A stretch of DNA of 64,000 nucleotides from Nitrosopumilus sp. GTDB lineage: Archaea; Thermoproteota; Nitrososphaeria; Nitrososphaerales; Nitrosopumilaceae. Positions 9,719-19,573 of this stretch are shown one piece after another (positions within the stretch are counted from its first letter, which is position 1; every line of letters begins with the position of its first letter). The translations under genes were made by a program, and so were the position numbers. The notes under the pieces are model-generated. The model was not told the DNA's origin. It ran no database searches and saw only the letters and a program-made list of their open reading frames with translations. The stretch is from contig OZ240211.1 of the NCBI GenBank assembly GCA_965197525.1, forward strand, positions 1,056,001-1,120,000, read 5' to 3'.

Positions 9719-10813
9719 ATGACAGACCTCTATCGTTTACTTCCAGAAGAGATGGAGCAGCTGGTAATCAAGATGGGTTACCCCAGATACAGGGCAGATC
9801 AAATTCTATTACCATTGTATTACAAGTTTCCTAAAGAGATCTCAGAGATTAAACAACTACCAAAGAAAATGCAAAAAGATCTAGAAGATTTGGGTTACAC
9901 GATAGGATCATCAAAAGAGATTCATCGTGTTGTAAGTGAGGATGGAGATACGACAAAATTGCTGTTGGCGTTGAAGGATAATGATAACACAGATGAGGAT
10001 GGAGATAATAACGACAGATATGTTGAAGCTGTCCTGATGCAATATGACGCAACAAAGATTGGAGGCCGTCGCAGATCAACAATCTGCGTGTCCACTCAGA
10101 TTGGATGTGCAATGAAATGCGTGTTTTGCGCAACAGGTCAAATGGGTTTTGAAACGAATCTGAGAGCAGAGCATATTGTATCACAAGTGATTCATTTCGC
10201 AGAGTTGCTTGAAGAACGCGGCGAACACGTAACAAATTTGGTCTTTATGGGGATGGGAGAACCGATGGCAAACTATGATGAGATGATTAGAGCTGTAAGA
10301 ATCCTAACGCATGATAGGGGATTTGGATTAGGTCAGCGACACATAACAATATCCACTATTGGAATAAAATCAGGAATAGACAAACTAGCAAAAGAAGACC
10401 TGCAGATTGGTCTTGCAATATCATTACATGCGCCAAATAACGAGTTACGTAAGAGGCTGGTTCCTACTGCAAGTATGAACTCTGTTGAGGAGATTATAGC
10501 ATCAGGAAGAGATTATTTTAAAAAAACTGGCAGGCGTGTGACATTTGAGTATGCCTTGATAAAGGGAATAAACGATTCACAGGATATAGCAACACAGCTG
10601 GCCAGACTTTTGAGAGGAAATGGATCACATGTAAACCTGATTCCTATTAATCAGACGGCCGGTGACTTTCAGCGACCGACAAAGAAGAGTATCGCAGAGT
10701 TTGAGCGAATTCTGCTAGATGCAGGCGTGAACTGTACAGTTCGTGTAGAGAAAGGAACAGAGATCTCAGCTGCTTGCGGTCAGCTTCGGACAGATGTAGT
10801 GGCTAACTCTTAG
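9719..10813 (+). CDS. rlmN: Radical-SAM RNA methyltransferase RlmN
   Basis: CAMKCVFC, MGMGEP, ISLHAP, FEY and AACGQLR motifs; ATG at 9719. Confidence 0.92.
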   Translation: MTDLYRLLPEEMEQLVIKMGYPRYRADQILLPLYYKFPKEISEIKQLPKKMQKDLEDLGYTIGSSKEIHRVVSEDGDTTKLLLALKDNDNTDEDGDNNDRYVEAVLMQYDATKIGGRRRSTICVSTQIGCAMKCVFCATGQMGFETNLRAEHIVSQVIHFAELLEERGEHVTNLVFMGMGEPMANYDEMIRAVRILTHDRGFGLGQRHITISTIGIKSGIDKLAKEDLQIGLAISLHAPNNELRKRLVPTASMNSVEEIIASGRDYFKKTGRRVTFEYALIKGINDSQDIATQLARLLRGNGSHVNLIPINQTAGDFQRPTKKSIAEFERILLDAGVNCTVRVEKGTEISAACGQLRTDVVANS

Positions 10814-10946
10814 ACTTGGGTTGTAAGATTAATGGACTGATCATGATATAGGTATTTGAGCTTGTTATGTTGAAAAAGCCACAACCTCTACAATGTAATT
10901 AGAATAAATACACAAATAATAATTAAAAAACAGAGTAGGAAAAATA

Positions 10947-11564
10947 TTGAGAGTAAACTGCAACAAAGAAGGAGTCAGACAGGCCGTAAAAGTGATCAAA
11001 CAAGGTGGAGTGACAGTATTTCCAACAGATACAGTATACGGAATAGGATGTGACCCATACAACAAAAGATCAGTAGAAAGGATCTACAAGATTAAATCAA
11101 GGGATGTATCAAAAGCCCTACCAGTATTAGCATACTCTGAGCAAATAGCTGCAAGAATTGTGGATTTTGACAGCGCTACTAAAAGAATTGTTAAAAAATT
11201 TTGGCCAGGTCCGCTAACAGTTATTCTAAAACTAACAGATGAAACGATTAGAGAATCACTGAACTTGAAAGACAAGATTGCAATAAGGGTACCCAACTCC
11301 AAATGTGCATTAGAGCTGCTAAAAGAATGTAATTTTCTTGTAGGAACTAGTGCAAATATTTCTGGAGGCCCACCGTATACTAATCCTGATGAATGCTTCA
11401 AAAATTTACATGATTATGATATTTTTGTTGATGGGGGAATAATTCCAGGTAATGCAGAGTCAACGATAATTGAGATAAAAGAGGATGGTGATGGTGATGG
11501 TGAGAGAATTGAGATGATTCGACAGGGCGCTGTGAGCAAAGAGGAGATTGTAGAATTATTATGA
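10947..11564 (+). CDS. sua5: L-threonylcarbamoyladenylate synthase (short TsaC/YrdC-type Sua5)
   Basis: FPTDTVYGIGC, KSR, GTSANISG motifs; no SUA5 C-terminal domain. Confidence 0.92.
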   Translation: MRVNCNKEGVRQAVKVIKQGGVTVFPTDTVYGIGCDPYNKRSVERIYKIKSRDVSKALPVLAYSEQIAARIVDFDSATKRIVKKFWPGPLTVILKLTDETIRESLNLKDKIAIRVPNSKCALELLKECNFLVGTSANISGGPPYTNPDECFKNLHDYDIFVDGGIIPGNAESTIIEIKEDGDGDGERIEMIRQGAVSKEEIVELL

Positions 11565-12085
11565 ATTTGATAGTTACGTGCGCTAGACATCTTGAATCAG
11601 ATACAGAAGATGAGCTATTGGATGTTTTAGAAGAGTTAGGAGATGCAGATGCCAAAGTCTCAATTACAAACATGTCAGGAATTGTAACAGTAGAGACAAG
11701 GATTGATCCTATCGAAGTCGTAAGAAAGATCAAAGAGAAGATTCTAGATGAACCATGGAGTATTAGATACTGTCTGAGAATCATACCAATACAAAAGGTC
11801 ATCAGAGCAGAGATTGAAGAGATAGAGCAGAGTGCTACAGATTTGGCCAATAGCCAGATTTCAGATGATGAGACATACAGAATACTAGTTGAAAAAAGAA
11901 ATTCAAATATGTCAAGTCAGGAAATAATTACAAAGATAGCAAATAAAATAAAAAACAAGGTATCACTAGAATTGCCTGATAAGACTCTCTTGATTGAAAT
12001 TTTAGGGAATGTTGCAGGCATCTCTGTACTAAAAAAAGATGATATACTAAGCATGGAAAAAATTAAGCGAAGTATGTCAGAGTAA
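11561..12085 (+). CDS. THUMP domain RNA-binding protein
   Basis: YRILVEKRNS...KVSLELPDKTLLIEILG THUMP signature; 4-bp overlap with sua5. Confidence 0.88.
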   Translation: MNLIVTCARHLESDTEDELLDVLEELGDADAKVSITNMSGIVTVETRIDPIEVVRKIKEKILDEPWSIRYCLRIIPIQKVIRAEIEEIEQSATDLANSQISDDETYRILVEKRNSNMSSQEIITKIANKIKNKVSLELPDKTLLIEILGNVAGISVLKKDDILSMEKIKRSMSE

Positions 12086-12850
12086 TACTGCTGCCTTTTC
12101 CACTAGAATATCTTCTAGAGGATTTTTTGAGTATATAGAACCAAGATGTTTTTTCGTTATTTTGAAATGTTTTTTCAAGTACAACTCGTGATTTTTGGAA
12201 AACAGGTTTGCAGATAATGGTAACAGGTCATTGTATAGCAAATTCAGAGTTCTTTTATTTCCAATTGCAATTAGAATAAAGTTAGTTTTCGGCTTGATGC
12301 CTGCATTTTTTATGGCATTAGAGATTTGTGTAGTTAGTGCAAAACGCATAAGGATATCGGTCTCAAGTTTGTTTGAAAGTAAGATATTATTTTTTTGAGA
12401 TTCAAAAGATAACGAAAGGATTTTTTGTAGATGATAACTGTTTAAAATCAGGTTACTTGATACGGCTTGAAGTAAGATTGTGGGATATCTGTTTCTCAGA
12501 TTGTCGAGGAAATGGACGTCAGTTGATAGCTGACCTTTAATCTCAGTTACTTGGATCTGTTTTCTTGCATACGTGAAAGTTAATCTTTTTGATGCACCAC
12601 CATGTATGATTGGAATGATGCTTACCAGATCGTTATTTTTGATTATTGTGGATCTTCCATTCATGGCAGATGAATCTGCACCATTTATTGCAATTAGAAC
12701 ATTGTCAGTATCAAGATTAGGAGAATCAAGAGGTTTTAGTTCTAAAAGTAAGTTGATTAATTCTTGAATAGATATGTCAGATTTGTCAATCTCTAAATGT
12801 TCAGTAGGAAATGATTTTTTGGCCCCGCCAACAAATTTTACAGTAAACAT
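12077..12850 (-). CDS. cgi121: Ubiquitin-like (MoaD/ThiS) domain fused to KEOPS subunit Cgi121
   Basis: Beta-grasp N-terminus ending IIPIIHGG, then a Cgi121-like domain (LETDILMRFALTTQISNAIKNAGI). Confidence 0.82.
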   Translation of the reverse strand: MFTVKFVGGAKKSFPTEHLEIDKSDISIQELINLLLELKPLDSPNLDTDNVLIAINGADSSAMNGRSTIIKNNDLVSIIPIIHGGASKRLTFTYARKQIQVTEIKGQLSTDVHFLDNLRNRYPTILLQAVSSNLILNSYHLQKILSLSFESQKNNILLSNKLETDILMRFALTTQISNAIKNAGIKPKTNFILIAIGNKRTLNLLYNDLLPLSANLFSKNHELYLKKHFKITKKHLGSIYSKNPLEDILVEKAAVLL

Positions 12851-12894
12851 GTCTATCTAATGCAAAATTTACAAATTAATATTTAATTTACTAT

Positions 12895-13668
12895 TCATTC
12901 AGTTGCTGGTGCGGGTTCAGGTTCTTCAGCTGCCGGTGTTGGTGCTGGTGCGGGTTCAGGTTCTTCAGCTGCCGGTGTTGGTGCTGGTGCGGGTTCAGGT
13001 TCTTCAGCTGCCGGTGTTGGTGCTGGTGCGGGTTCAGGTTCTTCAGCTGCCGGTGTTGGTGCTGGTGCGGGTTCAGGTTCTTCAGCTGCCGGTGTTGGTG
13101 CTGGTGCGGGTTCAGGTTCTTCAGCTGCCGGTGTTGGTGCTGGTGCGGGTTCAGGTTCTTCAGCTGCCGGTGTTGGTGCTGGTGCGGGTTCAGGTTCTTC
13201 AGCTGCCGGTGTTGGTGCTGGTGCGGGTTCAGGTTCTTCAGCTGCCGGTGTTGGTGCTGGTGCGGGTTCAGGTTCTTCAGCTGCCGGTGTTGGTGCTGGT
13301 GCGGGTTCAGGTTCTTCAGCTGCCGGTTCGCCCACAGTAGCAATTTCATCTGTCGATACAGCATTATCATCATTCGTTGACTCTACAACGGTTTCATTAA
13401 TCGATTCTTGAACGTTATTACTTGGATCAGATTGTTCTTCGGCTTGCTGCTCAGCTTTTGAGGCTTCAATTCTATCTTGTTTGATCTTTTCTTCACGAAT
13501 CTCTTTTTTAGTATATTTTGTAATGTATCCAGCAACTTTATTTTTTAACTTTTTAGAGCGTACAATAGAAATTTCGTCTAAAACTTTTTTATTTTCAGCA
13601 AAATCTTCTCCAAAACGTGATTTGTGTACAGCGAGAACTTTGTTTGAAAGGCTCTTTATTCTATCCAC
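12895..13668 (-). CDS. rps17e: 30S ribosomal protein S17e with a very long acidic Pro/Ala repeat tail
   Basis: DRIK...FGEDFAENKK...RSKKLKNKVAGYIT is the S17e core; probable GTG start at 13668. Confidence 0.9.
   Translation of the reverse strand: MDRIKSLSNKVLAVHKSRFGEDFAENKKVLDEISIVRSKKLKNKVAGYITKYTKKEIREEKIKQDRIEASKAEQQAEEQSDPSNNVQESINETVVESTNDDNAVSTDEIATVGEPAAEEPEPAPAPTPAAEEPEPAPAPTPAAEEPEPAPAPTPAAEEPEPAPAPTPAAEEPEPAPAPTPAAEEPEPAPAPTPAAEEPEPAPAPTPAAEEPEPAPAPTPAAEEPEPAPAPTPAAEEPEPAPAPTPAAEEPEPAPATE
12904..13326. repeat. Perfect 39-bp tandem repeat, 10 full units plus a partial unit (AAEEPEPAPAPTP)
   Basis: Unit tgccggtgttggtgctggtgcgggttcaggttcttcagc repeated with no mismatch seen. Confidence 0.97.
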
Positions 13669-13693
13669 TCCTACGATGTTAGGTGTGCTGTTT

Positions 13694-14485
13694 TTATATG
13701 TTTGTAAGAAATGAGTTTGAATTGCGTTCCAATAGAGACGCCATCTCATCAAATGACTTGCCTAAAATACTTGCTGCACAAAAAATCACACTAGGTATAA
13801 AGCTGATTTGTGCAGGCTTTGCTTCAAAACATCTAGAAAACCTTACAGGACCGTCAGTTTCAACCAAGATTTTTGACTCGTCGGTTTTGGACAGCAAAGT
13901 CTGCTTGTCATTTGCGTAAATCATAACCGGTCCATATGATACAAAAAACTCCATATCCATTGCTTTTTGAAGTTGTTTCTTACTACCATCAAACCAATGA
14001 AGCAACGCATGTTTTGTATTATAAGAGGTCATAATTTCAAAGACATCATCAAGACTTTTTCGTGAATGAATTGATATGGGTTTGTCAAATTTTTCTGCCA
14101 GGGATAACAAAGTTTCAAACACGTGACGCTGTCTTTTAGGGATACCATTACTATCGTCATTGTTATAGTCATTACCGCTGTCATGATCTCGAAAGGTTGG
14201 ATCTAGTCCAATTTCACCTATGCCAGAAATAGTACGATGATTTTCTTCAATTAAATTAACGGTATCTTCAAGCACGTCATTTGCACATTCGGGATGAACC
14301 CCAACAAAAGGCAGGATCAACTCACTTGTGCGTGCAAGCTCTAGAGTTGCCAATGAATTCTCATAATCCATGGATACACAACATGCTTTAATTTTTAAAT
14401 ATTCCATCTCATTTAAGATGGATTCCATATAAGGACGATAGACCGGATCGGACAAATGTATGTGAGAGTCAAAATACCAAGTCAA
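13694..14485 (-). CDS. tatD: TatD-family hydrolase
   Basis: DSHIHL, GVHP, GEIGLD, SIHSR, LHWF, ETDGP motifs. Confidence 0.93.
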   Translation of the reverse strand: MTWYFDSHIHLSDPVYRPYMESILNEMEYLKIKACCVSMDYENSLATLELARTSELILPFVGVHPECANDVLEDTVNLIEENHRTISGIGEIGLDPTFRDHDSGNDYNNDDSNGIPKRQRHVFETLLSLAEKFDKPISIHSRKSLDDVFEIMTSYNTKHALLHWFDGSKKQLQKAMDMEFFVSYGPVMIYANDKQTLLSKTDESKILVETDGPVRFSRCFEAKPAQISFIPSVIFCAASILGKSFDEMASLLERNSNSFLTNI

Positions 14486-14581
14486 TTCCTCATAAAACTA
14501 GAAACTAGTCTGTATAAATCGATTCCTTTGTGATATTTTTTTACTCAATGCCTTTTTTCAGAAAAAATTAGAGCAAAAATC

Positions 14582-14803
14582 ATGAAATCATCAGAATTGG
14601 GATTATCAGCAATGTATAGAATTTTGAAGAAGGCCGGAGCAGAGAGAGTCAGTGATGAATCAGCAGATGAGCTACGAAGAGTAATCGAAAATATGGCAGA
14701 CAGTATTGCTAAAAGTGCAGTAGAGATGGCAAGTCATGCCAATAGAAAGACGGTAAAAGGAGAAGATGTGAAACTGGCTTCAAAACCATTTAATAGATTC
14801 TAA
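14582..14803 (+). CDS. Archaeal histone-fold protein
   Basis: RILKKAGAERVS...HANRKTVKGEDV, HMf-like fold. Confidence 0.92.
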   Translation: MKSSELGLSAMYRILKKAGAERVSDESADELRRVIENMADSIAKSAVEMASHANRKTVKGEDVKLASKPFNRF

Positions 14804-14983
14804 CTGTGCCTGTTTGATAGAATTCCTAAAACGAGTAGAACAAGCAACGGATGATGAGGATGGTTGGCAATGCCTAGTATTCTAAGACGGTATTTATCAT
14901 CTAAATATTTAAAATAATACTAACCAAGTCAAGACGCTAGCATACTTTGCAGACAAAAAATAAATGCAGATAAGATGAAAGTA

Positions 14984-16076
14984 TACTGATAATCAAAAGT
15001 TTATCGGTATGTAAATTTTACCAGACCACAAACCGTATTGGTTACATCATACCAAACTTATGTATGGACACAAAACCCGAAGATCTCAAAAAAGCGTACA
15101 AGAAGGAAAAGGACATCAGAATCAAAGTTAGAATGGTTGCAGTCAACATGGTCGTCTTTAACAACGAAAGCATTACGCATACGGCAGATTTGCTCATGCA
15201 ATGTCCTGATTGGGTGTCCTCGTGGGTCAAACGCTTCAAGGAAGAGGGCCTAGAAGGCCTCCGGGATCTTCCCCGCACCGGACGGCCGCCCAAAGTGTCA
15301 CTCAAAGAGATCAACGGAATTCTCTCAAAGACAAATTACATCACTACACCGAAGATACTTCATGAAGACATCCACAAAAAATATGGGATAAAATACCACA
15401 TGACATCTGTCAGAAGAATACTGCAACGCTGTAACATGTCTGCCAAGACACCGCGACGTGTACACGTCAACAGAGCAAACATGGATGATATACGTAGATG
15501 GCAACGCAACGCAAAAAAGCACATTTCACGCCTGACAAAGGAGGGTTTTACCATCCTAATACAAGACGAGTCAATCTTTACCCATGATCCTATTACTGGT
15601 GTCAAGTACTGGTCATTGAAGGGAGAGCGGATCACAGTCGGATACAATGGGAAACATAAAAAATCCATAGTGTACGGAGCGATTACAATTGATGGACGAA
15701 GGTTATTCCGTACATACGACAAGTTTGACAAGGAGACGTTTCTTGCATATCTCAAGGAGTTACATCGACGTTTTGGACGAATATTGGTAATAACAGACAG
15801 TGCACGGCAACATACTGCATTTATAGTAAATGATTTTGTATCACAAAACAAGGATGTAAGAATGTTATACCTGCCGACTGCAACACCAGAGCTTAGTGCC
15901 ATTGAAGAGTACTGGCATCAGGCAAAACGTGACATATTGGTATCAGAATATTATGCCACGTTTGAGAATATGCGTCATGTGTTATCACAATACATCAGGA
16001 CATCAGGACCAAGGCTTGACGTGATGAGATATATTGGCAGGAATCCCTGATCCCGATAAACTTTTGATTATCAGTA
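14984..16076 (+). mobile_element. IS630-family element, intact
   Basis: Perfect 24-bp IRs tactgataatcaaaagtttatcgg (14984-15007) and its reverse complement (16053-16076); TA on both sides. Confidence 0.95.
15064..16050 (+). CDS. IS630-family transposase
   Basis: HTH with PRTGRPPK, then QDES, ITDSARQH, PELSAIEEYW. Confidence 0.93.
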   Translation: MDTKPEDLKKAYKKEKDIRIKVRMVAVNMVVFNNESITHTADLLMQCPDWVSSWVKRFKEEGLEGLRDLPRTGRPPKVSLKEINGILSKTNYITTPKILHEDIHKKYGIKYHMTSVRRILQRCNMSAKTPRRVHVNRANMDDIRRWQRNAKKHISRLTKEGFTILIQDESIFTHDPITGVKYWSLKGERITVGYNGKHKKSIVYGAITIDGRRLFRTYDKFDKETFLAYLKELHRRFGRILVITDSARQHTAFIVNDFVSQNKDVRMLYLPTATPELSAIEEYWHQAKRDILVSEYYATFENMRHVLSQYIRTSGPRLDVMRYIGRNP

Positions 16077-16188
16077 TAATACCATGTGAGATTTTACAAC
16101 TCTTGGAATTTATGCTAAAATATACAGGCCTCAGAGCAATAATACAGAAATAGATAAAAAATATTAACATCGTCCAACAAAATAGGGC

Positions 16189-16728
16189 ATGGAACCAGAT
16201 TATCACACCATGACAACAGATCTTTTAAACTCTGGAATGGGAGATAGTGGCAGGTTAAGATTCATTTTAGAATGTATTGCAAAGAACAAGCCGCTGTACA
16301 GGACAGACAGAATATTTCTAGAATCACTAAGTAAAACACTAGAATTAAAGATTCAAAAACTAGAGAATAAGACACAAAAAACCAGCAAACAAAAAAAGAT
16401 TACAAAAACATCTAGGAAAAATACAACCACGACGGCAAAAAAGGAATCAAAGACAGAGAAAGTAGCAACAACCACCACTACTGCAAAAAAGGAATCAAAG
16501 ACAAAGAAAGTAGCAGAAGAGACTGTGACTGAGCCTAAAACTACAAAAAAGATTATCGATGATGTTGATACGGGAAGGGATGACAAATCAAGAACGCTGA
16601 TCTCTGATGAATATCTAGACAAGCACATAGATCAGATAGATGACAAAAGAAAGCCAAGAAAAGTACCACCAGAAGAACCAGTCAGGGAGAGGAAAAAATC
16701 TTTCTTGGGAAGACTGTTTTCAAGATGA
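16189..16728 (+). CDS. Hypothetical protein with Lys/Thr-rich central region
   Basis: 179 aa; internal repeat with a 48-bp period (AKKESKTxKVA) at 16435-16515. Confidence 0.7.
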   Translation: MEPDYHTMTTDLLNSGMGDSGRLRFILECIAKNKPLYRTDRIFLESLSKTLELKIQKLENKTQKTSKQKKITKTSRKNTTTTAKKESKTEKVATTTTTAKKESKTKKVAEETVTEPKTTKKIIDDVDTGRDDKSRTLISDEYLDKHIDQIDDKRKPRKVPPEEPVRERKKSFLGRLFSR

Positions 16729-16807
16729 TGATGATAGAATAGACATACAATCCAAGATACTGCGTTTAATCTAAAGAGTTTAATTATTCATTTTGTGTTT
16801 TTAAAAC

Positions 16808-16879
16808 GGTGCGGTGGCAGAACGGTTATGCGTGAGCCTGCAAAGCTCATACAAGGGGGTTCGACTCCCTCCCTCACCT
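16808..16879 (+). tRNA. tRNA-Cys (GCA)
   Basis: Cloverleaf with anticodon arm TGAGC-ctGCAaa-GCTCA, GGTTCGACTC T-loop and U73; one C5.U68 acceptor mismatch. Confidence 0.93.
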
Positions 16880-16882
16880 TTT

Positions 16883-17341
16883 TTACTTGACAACCACTTG
16901 ACCATACATCCAAGGATGCAGAGTGCAGAAATAGTCATAGGTGCCTGCATCATCAAAAGTAAACGTAAAGGAGTCATACGGATCCATATATCCGCTATCA
17001 AATAATTCAGTAGGCACGTCATAGCTGCCAGAAGTGACACTATGAAACGCTGAATCCTCATTAACCCATGTAATTGGTTTGCCTGACTGAATAGTAATCA
17101 CAGATGGTATGTAGCACTGACCAGTCTCCTCACATCCAGGTCTAGAGGCTTTTGTGGGCATTACTACATCGCTTGTAGTAATTGGTTCAACAGATTCCTT
17201 TTGCACTACGTTTACTTTTTCTTTTTCTGCTTCTTCGTCTGCTAGTCCGGCATACTCTGGAATCGCTATACTAGCAATTACAAGTAACATCACTACAGTT
17301 ACTCCAGTGACTATTCCTACAGCAGTTATTTTCGTTAACAA
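16883..17341 (-). CDS. Membrane-anchored cupredoxin (plastocyanin/azurin-like)
   Basis: N-terminal TM; HSVTSG and YDYFCTLHPWMYG type-1 copper ligands. Confidence 0.92.
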   Translation of the reverse strand: MLTKITAVGIVTGVTVVMLLVIASIAIPEYAGLADEEAEKEKVNVVQKESVEPITTSDVVMPTKASRPGCEETGQCYIPSVITIQSGKPITWVNEDSAFHSVTSGSYDVPTELFDSGYMDPYDSFTFTFDDAGTYDYFCTLHPWMYGQVVVK

Positions 17342-17488
17342 TATGTCATCATCCCAAAACGTATGATAAGACCATCTAACTATCTAAATATATAACATTC
17401 AAAAGAACTGCAAACACAAATCCCCGTACCGGATACGTATAACGTCAACTATGAATAAACAGAATGCAGAGTTAATGAATATTCCAGA

Positions 17489-17692
17489 ATGTTTTTTATA
17501 TTGATTAAAAAAACAAAAATCGTTTTGGGAACGAAAAAAAAGTGCGTGATTTGTAACGAGCAGATAGGATTTCATTTCAAGGCCATGCAGGAGTGGAAGA
17601 TAGAGGGATTGATGTGTGGAAAATGCTACTCTAAAAAACTCAACGAACACTATCCAGGAGAGCATACTCGGGTAAACAAACACTTGGATTAG
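17489..17692 (+). CDS. Small Cys-rich (zinc-binding) protein
   Basis: CVIC...CGKC. Confidence 0.65.
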   Translation: MFFILIKKTKIVLGTKKKCVICNEQIGFHFKAMQEWKIEGLMCGKCYSKKLNEHYPGEHTRVNKHLD

Positions 17693-18324
17693 TCTTCGGC
17701 TTCGTCGTCGTAGTCTTGTTGTTGTTGTTGTTTTTGCTGTTGTTTTGATTTTGAGAATTTATTCACATTAAGACAGTTCCAGACAAGGGGATCGTCTTTT
17801 AGATCACTCTCTTGTAGAAATTTAATGTTGGTAACTGTTTTTTTTCGTTTTAGCAAATTTAGTTTAAAACTAGAGAATTTTTTACAATCGCATTTGTTAA
17901 ACAGACATACATCACCGTCACCTTCGTCATGATCCCGAGCTTCATGACTGCAGTCACATACAGCATCCTTTTTTACATCATCAAGTGACTGCTTTGTATA
18001 TACTCCCAACCTAAAGTATGCCTCACCCCCGTGACCTTCTTTGAATCGCTGATAGTGTTCGGATTTTGGCAACTCTTTGAAGAAAAACATATTCGTATCA
18101 GGTCTTTGTGAATCAGAACCTATGATAAACCAATATTTGTCACCTGTCTCAAGAAATCGAATTTTAATTGATGGGTTAACCCAAGGATGAATAACATCAT
18201 GCCAAATGTGGGTAGCTTCTTTTCTGTCAGTAAATAATGGAACTATGTTCATTCGCAAGTCATAGTACCTATATGCAACACCAATAAAGTCATCAAACCA
18301 TGATATAGAGGAATGCTGAGACAT
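17689..18324 (-). CDS. Conserved thaumarchaeal hypothetical protein with poly-Gln tail
   Basis: 211 aa, CDCSH...CDC motif, C-terminal QQQKQQQQQ. Confidence 0.75.
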   Translation of the reverse strand: MSQHSSISWFDDFIGVAYRYYDLRMNIVPLFTDRKEATHIWHDVIHPWVNPSIKIRFLETGDKYWFIIGSDSQRPDTNMFFFKELPKSEHYQRFKEGHGGEAYFRLGVYTKQSLDDVKKDAVCDCSHEARDHDEGDGDVCLFNKCDCKKFSSFKLNLLKRKKTVTNIKFLQESDLKDDPLVWNCLNVNKFSKSKQQQKQQQQQDYDDEAED

Positions 18325-18611
18325 TGTACAAAGTTAGACAGAGAGATTATTTATCTGATCTGAATTAAGCAGACATAGTCAGAAAGACAGATAGTGTGGA
18401 AATGATTAACTGCAAGTTGATTTGAAATGACGGCAAGCGACATGGTTTCTGCAGATGTAACAATAGCAGTAGTATTAGTATCTGCATATGATTGTCCCAC
18501 TGCATACCCCAGAGGAACCAGACCAAACAAACATGCAGATTTCAAATAAAATATACAAAAGCGTACAGATACAATCTAAATATTTATAACGTTGTATAGG
18601 TTAGACGGTAT

Positions 18612-18893
18612 ATGACTACCTATAGAACTAGTATGCAAATTGTTGCAGATTTACTAACTGTTACACAATTATCTGGTCAAGAAGGTATCAAGACAACATC
18701 ACTTTTACAAAAGGCGAATTTATCACACTCTAGGCTGGCAAAATTCTTGGAGAATTTGACAGGCGCAGAACTAATCAACAAGATAGAGTATGATGGCAAG
18801 AACACTTTTGTGATTACTTCGAAAGGTAGACAATACTTGGAATCTTACAAGAACTTTTCTAGTATTGCCCAATCATTTGGATTGGAACTATAA
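18612..18893 (+). CDS. Winged-helix transcriptional regulator (HTH_45-like)
   Basis: YRTSMQIVADLL...KANLSHSRL...FVITSKGRQYL; paralogue of 4541. Confidence 0.85.
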   Translation: MTTYRTSMQIVADLLTVTQLSGQEGIKTTSLLQKANLSHSRLAKFLENLTGAELINKIEYDGKNTFVITSKGRQYLESYKNFSSIAQSFGLEL

Positions 18894-18982
18894 AAAACGT
18901 CTACTGTCTAAATTATTTTAATACAGACCTCTAGTTTTTCCTGTATATTTTGGGTCTAGCATCAAGAAGCCATAATACAAGA

Positions 18983-19195
18983 TTATTTTCTAGACCTTCT
19001 TTTAGCATTTGCTCGCTCTCTTGCCTTCTTTTCTTTGTAACCGTTGTAAAAGACAATTATCACAATACCTGCAAGTGCGCCATAAAATAATTCAAGTCGT
19101 GGCGGATCTTTGAGCTCTCCAGTAGTGGGTTCAATAAAGGCTATAGGAATGCTGCCAACCATAAAGATCAAGAGCACGACCAAGTATTTGTCCAT
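18983..19195 (-). CDS. Small two-TM membrane protein
   Basis: Two hydrophobic helices and a basic tail. Confidence 0.7.
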   Translation of the reverse strand: MDKYLVVLLIFMVGSIPIAFIEPTTGELKDPPRLELFYGALAGIVIIVFYNGYKEKKARERANAKRRSRK

Positions 19196-19240
19196 GGACT
19201 ATCTAATTTACAAAACCATATATCTTTTTGATTTCACAAA

Positions 19241-19573
19241 ATGATAGAAGGTAAACATATGGCAAAGGCATTAGAATTGATAGGATTGGGTCTAGTAGCG
19301 ATAATGACGCTAGGTTTTGTAGGTGCGTTTGAACCATATGGAGTAAAAAATGGACTATCAGAATTGTTTTGGGGCTGTGCAGGCGGCACATTATTGATAA
19401 TCATATACAGAAAGATGCAAAGAAAGAGAGAGAAGAAGAAGAAGAAGAAGAAAAGAGATAGAAGAATGAGGACGTATAACACCAAGTTTATGCGATATTG
19501 TATCAAAAAATATTTTGCTAAACAAGACGACTGCATCAGAGATATAATTTTGCAAGAATTGAAGATGGTTTGA
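19241..19573 (+). CDS. Hypothetical membrane protein with poly-Lys stretch
   Basis: Two TM segments then KREKKKKKKRDRR. Confidence 0.5.
   Translation: MIEGKHMAKALELIGLGLVAIMTLGFVGAFEPYGVKNGLSELFWGCAGGTLLIIIYRKMQRKREKKKKKKKRDRRMRTYNTKFMRYCIKKYFAKQDDCIRDIILQELKMV

Noticed and set aside
9719-10813. Cfr-type resistance methyltransferase
   Set aside because: Motifs are RlmN-type (MGMGEP, LAISLHAP, FEY, GQLR) rather than Cfr-type (MGMGEAL).
12904-13326. 39-bp repeat as a CRISPR array, and ORFs 12891-13373 and 12903-13340
   Set aside because: Units are head-to-tail with no spacers and lie in frame within rps17e; the other ORFs are stop-free shadows of the repeat.
16808-16879. tRNA-Cys as a pseudogene because of the C5.U68 mismatch
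   Set aside because: All other arms, the anticodon and U73 are canonical; one mismatch or a base-call error is insufficient.
18351-18545. 64-aa ORF as a secreted protein
   Set aside because: The N-terminus is signal-like but the rest is uninformative; possibly a remnant, not supportable as a gene.
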